Assembly: GCA_964019425.1 (NCBI GenBank)
Contig: OZ025791.1
Coordinates: 372,001 to 436,000, forward strand
Direction of reading: 5' to 3'
Length of the DNA stretch: 64,000 nt
From: Flectonema sp. DT1601
Lineage: Eukaryota
Position 1 is the first letter of the stretch; each line of letters begins with the position of its first letter. Shown here piece by piece: positions 34,766-45,114 of this stretch. Both the position numbers and the translations under genes were made by a program. Below the pieces are notes generated by a model. It made no database searches. It was not told the DNA's origin and saw only the letters and a list, made by a program, of their open reading frames with translations.

Positions 34766-37267
34766 CTACTTCATGTAGTGAGGTTTTGTTCCTCTTCCGT
34801 GGAACTTCAATTTCTTCTTTCCGAATCCAGGAATCTTTTGTATCTTAGCAGATCTTAAACTGTTCTTACGAGCTTGTTTTCTGTTAAACTTGTCAGCAAT
34901 GACCTGATGGATTCGATCTTTTCTGGAACCTCTCTTACGCTTCTTCTGGTTACGCTCACCATCATCAGCCTCATCGTTATCACGACCTCCATGACGGAGT
35001 AGTCCAGTGTCGTAGGAAGGCGATGTTTTGGCATCAGTTCTTCTGATTGATCTTCCAAGACATGTGAAAGACTTTGGATAACGAAGTACAAAAGAGTGTA
35101 GGCTAGGTCCTAACAATCCCTCGTGACGATTATTAAATCTATTCCATGATTGAATACTTACTCCAACAGATGATAAAAGAGTCCTCTTTGTACCACGAGG
35201 AAGGATGTTGAGAAGCTCTTCAATAGCAGACTGAGCCATTTTTCTTGCTTCTTCATTTTTACGGCCGGAGAGGGGGATTGATATAGAAGAAAGAGGAGCA
35301 GCTCCCTGAAGTACGGAAGCAGTAAGTTGAGTGGTGTCAGCGGTACTGCGTTCAATAACAAAGTTTGTTTTGCATCTGTGAAGGAATCGATGAAATGGTC
35401 CGTAGTACTGTTTTAACATTTCCCAACACAAACCATCTTCCAGAGTTGACATTGAGACTCCCAATTGCTCTGATTGAAGTAATCCCATTAGTGATCCTTC
35501 TACAGATGCTAAATGCTTTCCTTGTTTCTTACCGTGTTTAATAGCATGAACAGCTTGTGATGCTGGTACTACGTATAACGTATCAACGCACCATAAGTCA
35601 CAAAGTCCATCAACAGGTGCGTCAGCCAATTGCTGCTTCAGAGCACCCACAACAGCAACAGCAAGAGGAGACGCATCAATATTTTTAATAGTTCTCTGGT
35701 CAACAATGTTTACCTCTTTTGTGTGATCTTTTAATGACAATAATGGAAGAGACAATATTGATCTGACTGCTTCAGGAATTACCTTCTGATCGTAACGTGA
35801 AGGGTGACCTTCTGGTACTAAGAAGTCAAGTATCATTAAGAATCTCATAACAAGTTGATGATATTCTAATAGAGTCCCTTGGAACACAGCTAACAAACAA
35901 TATCCCCAAACTGATATGGTAGCGAATGGTGATGTCTTTTGATCGTGTAGGGTTTTCACAGCACCAGCAACAGCAGAGGCATCACTTGTTGCAATGGCTG
36001 TTATTGCTGCCTGTGCGATAATTGTCTTCTTAGCAGCACCAAGTAAGTCATCATCACGGAGAGCAGAAGAAGCATCTTCGACACATGGGAAGGTAACTGT
36101 TGAAAACTGACAGTCAGTTCCACTGGCGGAACCTTCTTCACAGAACCCAACTACTGTACTGTTGTGTCCAAGTGACTGAGATACCTTTAAGGCTTGGTCA
36201 ATAGGAGAAGCTGTACTCGACACAACAACATTGTGACGGTACTGATGGTCAGCTTTCATTCCTCTTATTAATGAAGCAGACAATTCATGAGTTGTGATTA
36301 AGATTCTTTTTGTTGGTGAAGTCAACAATGGTGATTCACCCAAGTACATAAAGAGATCACCTGAACATCCTTCACTTGCTAACGCTGCAGCAACTTCAAT
36401 AGACGATGAGACGTCAGGAACGGATATGATAACTTTCTCATCAAGTTTCGATACGGCGTATGATAATAATACACAAAGCCATTCACTACATGAGTTGTAT
36501 CCGGTTTGTGGACGAGCAATTTTAAGGTTACGAGATGGTTTCTTTGATGATTTCGATTTTGGTGCTGTTTTCTTTATAACCGCAAGTAAGTCATTAACAC
36601 AAGTGTCTCTCTCTCCCTCTGAGAGTTCCTTTGTTGATGAAAATAGAAACAGCGTTTCTCTTAAGAGTTTCAAAGAAGGAGGCTCTGTTGGTTTAGCAGG
36701 CTCTGGAATTACTTCTTCTTCCTCGGCGATTTCGTCTTCACGTTCTCTGTCGTCGCGCTTTCTTTTGACCTTTGTCTTCTTTTTGTCTTTCTTTTCCTTT
36801 TTCTCCTTGTTTGGTTGAGCTATCATGGGTCTTCTAAAGTCGTGCTCAGCTTCTAATAGTTTTACAACAACCTTTGATACAACTACTGCTGTTTCTTTTG
36901 TTGTTTGTGGGATTTCTGGTTCTAATCCGACAGTCAACATGACTGCTAAGAAACCAGAGCATCTGTTGTCAAACACTCGTTCTGTTTCACGAGTGATGTC
37001 GAAGTACTTTGTCCAGCAACCCTCTAGTTGTGTAGTAGTTTTTGAGAGTTCTTTTCTAAACAGTTTTGGTCCGTCACAAACGATTCCAACTTTTTTCCAT
37101 TGGTCAGTGAAAGCAACCATCTCTTCAATTCCTGTTGTGATATCTCCGTTTGATATTTTCACATTCTTCTCACCAACCACTTCATGAGTTGATTTGTCTA
37201 CTGCCACCATCGAGACATCAGTCAACGTCTTCTCACCTCCACAACAAACTGCCACTAATACCGACAT
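34766..37267 (-). CDS. Hypothetical protein with degenerate ERI1-like exonuclease N-terminus and basic C-terminus
   Basis: Long ORF. N-terminal GIVCDGPKLFRKEL...WTKYFDI resembles an ERI1/DEDDh fold without the acidic catalytic residues. K/R-rich segments suggest nuclear or nucleolar location. Confidence 0.6.
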   Translation of the reverse strand: MSVLVAVCCGGEKTLTDVSMVAVDKSTHEVVGEKNVKISNGDITTGIEEMVAFTDQWKKVGIVCDGPKLFRKELSKTTTQLEGCWTKYFDITRETERVFDNRCSGFLAVMLTVGLEPEIPQTTKETAVVVSKVVVKLLEAEHDFRRPMIAQPNKEKKEKKDKKKTKVKRKRDDREREDEIAEEEEVIPEPAKPTEPPSLKLLRETLFLFSSTKELSEGERDTCVNDLLAVIKKTAPKSKSSKKPSRNLKIARPQTGYNSCSEWLCVLLSYAVSKLDEKVIISVPDVSSSIEVAAALASEGCSGDLFMYLGESPLLTSPTKRILITTHELSASLIRGMKADHQYRHNVVVSSTASPIDQALKVSQSLGHNSTVVGFCEEGSASGTDCQFSTVTFPCVEDASSALRDDDLLGAAKKTIIAQAAITAIATSDASAVAGAVKTLHDQKTSPFATISVWGYCLLAVFQGTLLEYHQLVMRFLMILDFLVPEGHPSRYDQKVIPEAVRSILSLPLLSLKDHTKEVNIVDQRTIKNIDASPLAVAVVGALKQQLADAPVDGLCDLWCVDTLYVVPASQAVHAIKHGKKQGKHLASVEGSLMGLLQSEQLGVSMSTLEDGLCWEMLKQYYGPFHRFLHRCKTNFVIERSTADTTQLTASVLQGAAPLSSISIPLSGRKNEEARKMAQSAIEELLNILPRGTKRTLLSSVGVSIQSWNRFNNRHEGLLGPSLHSFVLRYPKSFTCLGRSIRRTDAKTSPSYDTGLLRHGGRDNDEADDGERNQKKRKRGSRKDRIHQVIADKFNRKQARKNSLRSAKIQKIPGFGKKKLKFHGRGTKPHYMK

Positions 37268-38049
37268 TTGATAGTGTACCCTGATGAGATAAAACAACAT
37301 ATAAAACTACCTGATATCCTAATAACTACCTGTGGTACTACCAGCAGCTTATAAAAATATAATATCAGACAATAAGAAAATAGTATTATAAATCTGAGAT
37401 AATGCTGCTGTAGTTGACTAATGTGGAATACATTTCTCACTTACCATTTTTTCGTATCAGATTAGATTTAATTATCTCATGACAACGATCTTGGTATTAA
37501 TAGTAACGGATATCTAAGGGTCCAGTTGACTATATTTTATTAAAATCACACAATTTATCTTTTGGACTCTAAACTGCTAACGAAAAAAAAAAAGTCGAGT
37601 CCAAAAAAAAAAATAAACAAACGAAATAATATATAACACGTTAGTTGCAAAAATTTCAAGCAAACTGTTACATTTTTTGAATTTTTTAAAAAAGAGAGAG
37701 AGATGTGCGGATCAAATACTTCCTAAATGCACATTGCGGGAAGAAACGTTCGACTGTTGACTATAGCTACAACAAAAGACTCCACACTCGGAAGGCAGTG
37801 ATTACCCTGCCTTCATACTGACAGAAGACAACAAGAAAACAACGTTGGATCAATAAGAGTTCTTCCAGCGACATATTCAGCCATTAGAATTGGTGTCACG
37901 ATTCACTTAATTATGTATCAAAATAATAGCACTCGCAGGTTCAAAGTAGAGTGTTTTCTTCATTCAGTTTATCAAATCACAATAACAAATACGAGTATAA
38001 CAAAGCACAACTAAAACAACAGAAGCCGCATCTATAAAAGTATGGACAC

Positions 38050-40815
38050 CTACTGAGGCGACAAGAGAACGAACGCACACGCATGCGAACTAACGTTTAC
38101 GCGAGAGTAGCTGTCGGTAGCCACAGGAAGGTCAGAGTGAGCCCAAAGGTCGCGGACTTTCATGGTTTTACCAGCTGGGATTCCAACAACTTCCCAAGTC
38201 GCAGTGATAGTGTGCGTCTTCAATCCGTCGTTAACAATCAATACAGCAACATCTCCATTCGACATGTGCTTAGCCCACACTTGATGAGTGTTATTACCAA
38301 CAACTGCTAAGGATACAATGTGTCCCTGAATCACATTGTTGAGACCCAAGTCTTGGTTCACTGCAATCACTTCCTTGTTCGTCAGAATCTCGAGCGTCTT
38401 GTTGTCGATGTTCACCAAGTCAGTACCCGCCAATAGAGGAGAAGACATAATACACCACAAGCTGAAGTGAGACAACTCCTCATCGTATGAAAGACCGACA
38501 TCTCCAACCTCAAGCATGTCAGCATCGTTGAAGTGTCCTGGCCTAGCGACAGAATGCATCTCGTTATTAATATAAGTGTTGTACATCACAGATGCCCAGT
38601 TTGCTTGCACATCTTTACCTGTTCTCCACAAGTTGGCCATGTTGCCGACCCATCGACCACAAGTTTCCGGATCCCCACAATGTTCAACAGACTGAACGAT
38701 GTATCTTCCGGTGTTCTTGTAACAGGCATCAAAACGAGAATGAAACTTCATCCAAGAAGTCGAAGCGTTCTTGTAATCCTTCCCACCACACTGATCAATC
38801 TTGACGTAGTCAATACCCCAGTCACAGTATGTATCAGCATCGATAACTTCCATTCCGTAAGAACCAGGTCTTCCTTGACATGTGAATTGCCTTCTCGCAG
38901 TGTACACTCCGAACTTCATTCCCTTCGAATGCGCATAGTCTGCAAGGTGCTTCATCCCCGACGGGAATCTCACAGGGTCGGGAATGATGGTTCCGTTCGC
39001 AGTTCTCCCTACCTGCCAGCAGTCGTCGATGTTCACGTACTCATACCCAGCCTCCTTCATCCCGTTGCTCACCATCGCATCGATAACTTGCTTCACAGTG
39101 TTCTCATCGATGTTGCAGTGGTAGAAGTTCCACGAGTTGAATCCGAGAGGAGGTGACTGGATCGGCTGCTCCTTCAATCCAGGGAACGCCACCAACTTCT
39201 CCTCATCCGATGCTGACGTCACGTTCGCAACGAACGGACCCATCGGAAGGGAGTCGTTGTTGTACAACACACATTCAACAAAGTCAGACCAAGCGTACCT
39301 CACTTGGGAAACAGTACCCTGAACCTTCAGAGTGATCACGTCCGTCGAAGTGCTCACAGAAGACGCAGGAACCATGTTCCAGTTCCCGTTCATCAACACT
39401 TCGAATGGAGGCATCTTCGCACAGCACAGAGTACATCCCGCACTGCTTCCGTTCACGTTCACTCCCTTCACATCCTTCAGGGACATCCCACCACCGGAAC
39501 CCTCGTCAACAGAAATCACAACTCCGCTGGCATCCTGAGCCACGCTCTTGAAGACAGGGCCAGTCCAGTATGAGTGGTACGCCTTCAAATTTCCAACCGC
39601 ACGTGCAGTCAGTCTTCCCTGAACTCCAAAAGCAACGTGGTAAAGCGAGAGCGCCATTCTGCGAGACATCTCGTTCTTGTTTGGAGGATGGTCGACACCC
39701 CAAGCCGAAATCCCACCCATGTCGAGACCAACCGAAACTCCCGAAATGTCAGTCAACCCGTCGGTGTGTGGAATCGTCTCCGCCTCCGCCAATCGGATCT
39801 GAATTCTCCCAGTTGCCAGCTGCTCCTTCATCGGAGTTCCAGACACTACAGATGGTGGAAGCTGCTGAGTGACCCAAGCGAAGTCTCCCATTCTCTTTGC
39901 GTCTCTCCATGACTTGATCATTGCCTGGTACATACACGCGTAGTACGCAGTCTGGTCAACTCCTGCAATCTTCTCGTCGGCATTTGCCTCTCCTTGGTAC
40001 CAAATGGCTCCCCTGACAGACATCATAGTAAAAGGGTTAATCATCGCATTGTACAGCACCTTGGCGGCATTCCGTCCGTCCTTATGAGGGACAAGGTTCT
40101 TGTATTGCGGACAAGAATCGAATGCAGACTCCGGCATCCAGGACTCAACACGGGTACCGTTAACAGCAGATTGAACAAGTCCAACAGGAGTATCTGAGTC
40201 AGATTTGGAGCGAAGACGAGTTAGTTCTCTGACAGTCAAGTAGCACGCCGCGGAGAAGTTCTTCAGGTAGCGATATCCGTTGGCTCCAGCAGTTTTAGAG
40301 TCGACCCAAGCATTGCAAATACCGGCACTGCAACTTCCATTGCTGAGAACATCCAACGGAGTGTTGCTGTAGCTGACAGCAGTTTGGAAGAATCGGAATT
40401 GTTTAAAGTCGTCTAAAGTAGCCAGTTCTTCAGTCGCGTTCAGTACATTTTCCATCGGGAACACCATGTTCGATTGACCGCTGCAGAAGAAGACTTCACC
40501 AAAAGTGACGTCCTTAATTAAGATTCTATCACCAACATTATTAAATATCTCAATATCAAAGTTAATTATATGTATCTTACCAGGGTTAAGCATCACTGCC
40601 CAAGAGCCATCAACTGGATCAGCATCAACAACGTATCTACCAAAGATTTCAGTGATGATGGTAACTTTACTACCGACATCGCTTATTCCATTTAATAACG
40701 AACGAGCTCCGTATTGTTCCTTTGTTTGGAGAATCATTCCATCAGATATCCACTGAGGCACTACTAACTTCGAAGCTACCGATGAAATCAGACACAACAG
40801 CGCTAGAATCCTCAT
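38050..40815 (-). CDS. Secreted SASA (sialate O-acetylesterase-like SGNH) + GH27 alpha-galactosidase fusion, copy 1
   Basis: Signal peptide MRILALLCLISSVAS. SASA motifs SDGMILQ, CSGQSNM, WYQGEAN, DHPPNK. GH27 motifs PPLGFNSWN, YVNIDDCW, RFPSGMK, YVKID, LWRTGKD, FNDADMLEVG, SPLLAG, AVNQD, VRDLW. Confidence 0.93.
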   Translation of the reverse strand: MRILALLCLISSVASKLVVPQWISDGMILQTKEQYGARSLLNGISDVGSKVTIITEIFGRYVVDADPVDGSWAVMLNPGKIHIINFDIEIFNNVGDRILIKDVTFGEVFFCSGQSNMVFPMENVLNATEELATLDDFKQFRFFQTAVSYSNTPLDVLSNGSCSAGICNAWVDSKTAGANGYRYLKNFSAACYLTVRELTRLRSKSDSDTPVGLVQSAVNGTRVESWMPESAFDSCPQYKNLVPHKDGRNAAKVLYNAMINPFTMMSVRGAIWYQGEANADEKIAGVDQTAYYACMYQAMIKSWRDAKRMGDFAWVTQQLPPSVVSGTPMKEQLATGRIQIRLAEAETIPHTDGLTDISGVSVGLDMGGISAWGVDHPPNKNEMSRRMALSLYHVAFGVQGRLTARAVGNLKAYHSYWTGPVFKSVAQDASGVVISVDEGSGGGMSLKDVKGVNVNGSSAGCTLCCAKMPPFEVLMNGNWNMVPASSVSTSTDVITLKVQGTVSQVRYAWSDFVECVLYNNDSLPMGPFVANVTSASDEEKLVAFPGLKEQPIQSPPLGFNSWNFYHCNIDENTVKQVIDAMVSNGMKEAGYEYVNIDDCWQVGRTANGTIIPDPVRFPSGMKHLADYAHSKGMKFGVYTARRQFTCQGRPGSYGMEVIDADTYCDWGIDYVKIDQCGGKDYKNASTSWMKFHSRFDACYKNTGRYIVQSVEHCGDPETCGRWVGNMANLWRTGKDVQANWASVMYNTYINNEMHSVARPGHFNDADMLEVGDVGLSYDEELSHFSLWCIMSSPLLAGTDLVNIDNKTLEILTNKEVIAVNQDLGLNNVIQGHIVSLAVVGNNTHQVWAKHMSNGDVAVLIVNDGLKTHTITATWEVVGIPAGKTMKVRDLWAHSDLPVATDSYSRVNVSSHACAFVLLSPQ

Positions 40816-41517
40816 TTTATTTGTCGGACTGTAAAACAACGTGACTTTATGAGTTGCATTTATTATATATGTTCAGTTATAAAAAAAAAAAGAAAGAAAA
40901 GCTATAAAAAACACTCATCCATCCATGTATGTTATTGGCATGCTGCGATAAAATTATAAAAAAAATAAAATTTCCAATCAAAAAAAAATAATCTCTATAA
41001 ATAAACAATAACAACAAGCAAGCAGTACATTCCCGTAGTGAAAATGCCTTGTCATTGTTACGCTCCAATAAATACGTACGCTAAGTAGCTGTGTACCCCT
41101 ATTTTTATCACGAAAGAAATTCAGATAATACTAGCGAACAAGCCATTATGCACCAAAATACTGTGAAAAGCAACAGGCTATTCAACCACATGAATCTTTA
41201 AGTGCAAATCACCAGAGAAAAAAAAGAACAAAAGAAGAGGTATTTAAAACTTGTAATTGGTTCACAAAACTTCATCTGAGTTGTTTGTCGCAACTGGGGA
41301 ATCGTTACAAGTGAATCAAAAAAGAAGGAAAGATCAATGAGAATAAAGGAGTTGTTTGGTAAACAGTCAACCTTTGTTCTGTACACGCACGTTAAAGTAC
41401 TCGAAAAAAAGTAATTGAGAGAGCATAACATCAATTAAAAAAAATTCAAAATCGAAATAATTTTTAAAAATTGACCAACAACATCTTTGATTTAAACGCT
41501 AACACACCCACCAACTA

Positions 41518-44277
41518 CTACTGAGGTGATAAGAGAAGAAAGACACACGCATGCGAACTGATGTTCGAGCGAGAGTAACTGTCGGTAGCCACAGGAAGGT
41601 CAGAGTGAGCCCAAAGGTCGCGGACTTTCATGGTTTTACCAGCTGGGATTCCAACAACTTTCCAAGTCGCAGTGATGGTGTGCGATGCAGCCCCATTGTT
41701 CACCAGCAACACAGCAACATCTCCATTCGACATGTGCTTAGCCCACACCTGTACTGTATCAGTGCCTACCTTCGTTGACAACACCATCTTACCCTGAATC
41801 ACATTGTTGAGACCCAAGTCTTGGTTCACTGCAATCACTTCCTTGTTCGCCAGAATCTCGAGCGTCTTGTTGTCGATGTGCACCAAGTCAGTACCCGCCA
41901 ATAGAGGAGAAGACATAATACACCACAAGCTGAAGTGAGACAACTCCTCATCGTATGAAAGACCGACATCTCCAACCTCAAGCATGTCAGCATCGTTGAA
42001 GTGTCCTGGCTTGGCAATGGCTTGCATCACATTGCTCGCCATCGCATTGTGCATCACAGAATCCCAGTTTGCTTGCACATCACTACTGGTTCTCCACAAA
42101 TTAGCCATGTTCGGCACCCACTGACCACAAGTATTTGGGTCTCCACAGGTCTCAACAGACTGAACGATGTATCTTCCGGTGTTCTTGTAACAGGCATCAA
42201 AACGAGAATGAAACTTCATCCAAGAAGTCGAAGCGTTCTTGTAATCCTTCCCCTGACACCTATCAATCTTCACGTAGTCAATACCCCAGTCACAGTATGT
42301 ATCAGCATCGATAACTTCCATTCCGTAAGAACCAGGTCTTCCTTGACACGTACGTTGCTTTCTCGCAGTGTACACTCCGAACTTCATTCCCTGCGAATGC
42401 GCATAGTCCGCAAGGTGCTTCATCCCCGACGGGAATCTCACAGGGTCGGGAATGATAGTTCCGTTCGCAGTTCTCCCCACCTGCCAGCAGTCGTCGATGT
42501 TCACGTACTCATACCCAGCCTCCTTCATCCCGTTGCTCACCATCGCATCGATAACTTGCTTCACAGTGTTCTCATCGATGTTGCAGTGGTAGAAGTTCCA
42601 CGAGTTGAATCCGAGAGGAGGTGACTGGATCGGCTGCTCTTTCAATCCAGGGAACGCCACTAACTTCTCCTCATCCGATGCTGACGTCACGTTCGCAACG
42701 AACGGACCCATCGGAAGGGAGTCGTTGTTGTACAACACACATTCAACAAAGTCAGACCAAGCGTACCTCACCTGGGAAACAGTACCCTGAACCTTCAGAG
42801 TGATCACGTCCGTCGAAGTGCTCACAGAAGACGCAGGAACCATGTTCCAGTTCCCGTTCATCAACACTTCGAATGGAGGCATCTTCGCACAGCACAGAGT
42901 ACATCCCGCACTGCTTCCGTTCACGTTCACTCCCTTCACATCCTTCAGGGACATCCCACCAACAGAACCCTCGTCAACAGAAATCACAACTCCGCTGGCA
43001 TCCTGAGCCACGCTCTTGAAGACAGGGCCAGTCCAGTATGAGTGGTACGCCTTCAAATTTCCAACCGCACGTGCAGTCACTCGTCCCTGAACCCCAAAAG
43101 CAACGTGGTAAAGCGAGAGCGCCATTCTGCGAGACATCTCGTTCTTGTTTGGAGGATGGTCGACACCCCAAGCCGAAATCCCACCCATGTCGAGACCAAC
43201 CGAAACTCCCGAAATGTCAGTCAACCCGTCGGTGTGTGGAATCGTCTCCGCCTCCGCCAATCGGATTTGAATTCTCCCAGTTGCCAGCTGCTCCTTCATC
43301 GGAGTTCCAGACACCACAGATGGTGGAAGCTGCTGAGTGACCCAAGCGAAGTCTCCCATTCTCTTTGCGTCTCTCCATGACTTGATCATTGCCTGGTACA
43401 TACACGCGTAGTACGCAGTCTGGTCAACTCCTGCAATCTTCTCGTCGGCATTTGCCTCTCCTTGGTACCAAATGGCTCCCCTGACAGACATCCTGGAGAA
43501 AGGGTTAATCATCGCATTGAACAGTACCTTGGCGGCGTTCTGTCCCTCCTCATGAGGGACAAGGTTCTTGTATTGCGGACAAGAATCGAATGCAGACTCC
43601 GGCATCCAGGACTCAACACGAGTGCCACTGACAGCTGATTGAACAAGTCCAACTGGTGTGTTCGGATCAGTGGTACGTAAGCGAGCTAGTTCTCTGACAG
43701 TCAAGTAGCACATGGCGGAGAAGTTCTTCAGGTAGCGATATCCGTTGGCTCCAGCAGTTTTAGAGTCGACCCAAGCATTGCAAATACCGGCACTGCAACT
43801 TCCATTGCTGAGAACATTCAACGGAGTGCTGCTGTGGCTGATGGCGGTTTGGAAGAATCGAAACTGCTGGAAGTCGGCCAGAGTAGCCAGTTCTTCAGTC
43901 GCGTTCAGTACATTTTCCATCGGGAACACCATGTTCGATTGACCACCACAGAAGATGACGTCACCGTAGGTAACGTTTTGAATATTAATCTTATCTCCAG
44001 CTGTGTTTGATATTTCAATGTTGACGTTGCTGTGAGAACTGCTCGGGTTGAGCATAACGTCCCATTTTCCATCAACAGGATCGGCGTCTACGAGGTATTT
44101 CTTGGAACCAAAAGTAATAGTAACCTTACTACCAGTATCACTGATACCATTTAAGAATGATCTCGCTCCGTATTGTTTGTTCATTTGGAGAACCATTCCA
44201 TCAGATATCCATTGTGGGAGAAGTAACTTCGACGTGACAGTCGGAATTAGGCACAACAGTGCCAACAAGACTCTCAT
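41518..44277 (-). CDS. SASA + GH27 fusion, copy 2
   Basis: Same motifs; intact 919-aa ORF. Confidence 0.93.
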   Translation of the reverse strand: MRVLLALLCLIPTVTSKLLLPQWISDGMVLQMNKQYGARSFLNGISDTGSKVTITFGSKKYLVDADPVDGKWDVMLNPSSSHSNVNIEISNTAGDKINIQNVTYGDVIFCGGQSNMVFPMENVLNATEELATLADFQQFRFFQTAISHSSTPLNVLSNGSCSAGICNAWVDSKTAGANGYRYLKNFSAMCYLTVRELARLRTTDPNTPVGLVQSAVSGTRVESWMPESAFDSCPQYKNLVPHEEGQNAAKVLFNAMINPFSRMSVRGAIWYQGEANADEKIAGVDQTAYYACMYQAMIKSWRDAKRMGDFAWVTQQLPPSVVSGTPMKEQLATGRIQIRLAEAETIPHTDGLTDISGVSVGLDMGGISAWGVDHPPNKNEMSRRMALSLYHVAFGVQGRVTARAVGNLKAYHSYWTGPVFKSVAQDASGVVISVDEGSVGGMSLKDVKGVNVNGSSAGCTLCCAKMPPFEVLMNGNWNMVPASSVSTSTDVITLKVQGTVSQVRYAWSDFVECVLYNNDSLPMGPFVANVTSASDEEKLVAFPGLKEQPIQSPPLGFNSWNFYHCNIDENTVKQVIDAMVSNGMKEAGYEYVNIDDCWQVGRTANGTIIPDPVRFPSGMKHLADYAHSQGMKFGVYTARKQRTCQGRPGSYGMEVIDADTYCDWGIDYVKIDRCQGKDYKNASTSWMKFHSRFDACYKNTGRYIVQSVETCGDPNTCGQWVPNMANLWRTSSDVQANWDSVMHNAMASNVMQAIAKPGHFNDADMLEVGDVGLSYDEELSHFSLWCIMSSPLLAGTDLVHIDNKTLEILANKEVIAVNQDLGLNNVIQGKMVLSTKVGTDTVQVWAKHMSNGDVAVLLVNNGAASHTITATWKVVGIPAGKTMKVRDLWAHSDLPVATDSYSRSNISSHACVFLLLSPQ

Positions 44278-44655
44278 ATTTGTGTTCTTAAATATCCTTG
44301 AGAGATAAAGTTGTTAAATGTTTACTGCAGGGAAGTATCTACTGCCAGTATCTCAAATACAATAGTATTGGCTGTACTAGGAAAAGACGATGTTATACAA
44401 ACTATTAACATTAACAAAGATAACTACGAAAACAAAGATCATCACATGCATTAGCCAAGCAGTGGAAAAGTATAATTTATTGGCCCATAAAAAAAAGTAA
44501 TTTGGTACCTAACGGAAAAGTCAACACATGCATTAACACAAGCAGTGGTAAAGGGTCATTGGTGCAAGTTAACAACAATTTTCATAAAATTGAAGCAAAC
44601 ATCGTTTTTACAACTTCGGCACAAATGTGAAATAAAAAAAATTGAAGAGGAAATA

Positions 44656-44686
<31 letters not shown>

Positions 44687-45114
44687 CACGTTCTCAAATT
44701 CCATTTCCCCACAAATCGGCACAGCTGCAATTCAATAAAAATTAGGGAGGTAAGGAAATAATAATAACTTGTATTGTTTAGAATCAATGAATGCTGGTAC
44801 CTCTACCACGTAATAACATCACGTGAGTAGCATACTTTTTTTTACATCAAAAATAAAGAACAACGCAATTCACCAATAAAAAATAATATCTGCTCACAGA
44901 ATCCCTCCAATTATATTGACATCCACCGACTGCCATAATTTACGCACGTAACATTCTCCTTAACACATTATCACAACTTTGATCGCTGAACACTTCAGCA
45001 ATCCGGAATAAAAACTCGTTAGAAAGCTATTACGATATTTTAAAATAACTCGAGACAATAAAGTCTTCTTAAAAATCACATTAACACGTTACGCAAAAAT
45101 TTTCCCTCTCACTA

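Noticed and set aside
44443..44553. Imperfect ~28-nt direct repeat (cacatgcatta..caagcagtgg.aaag, twice) in an array spacer
   Set aside because: Only two copies, not seen in other spacers; likely a local duplication.
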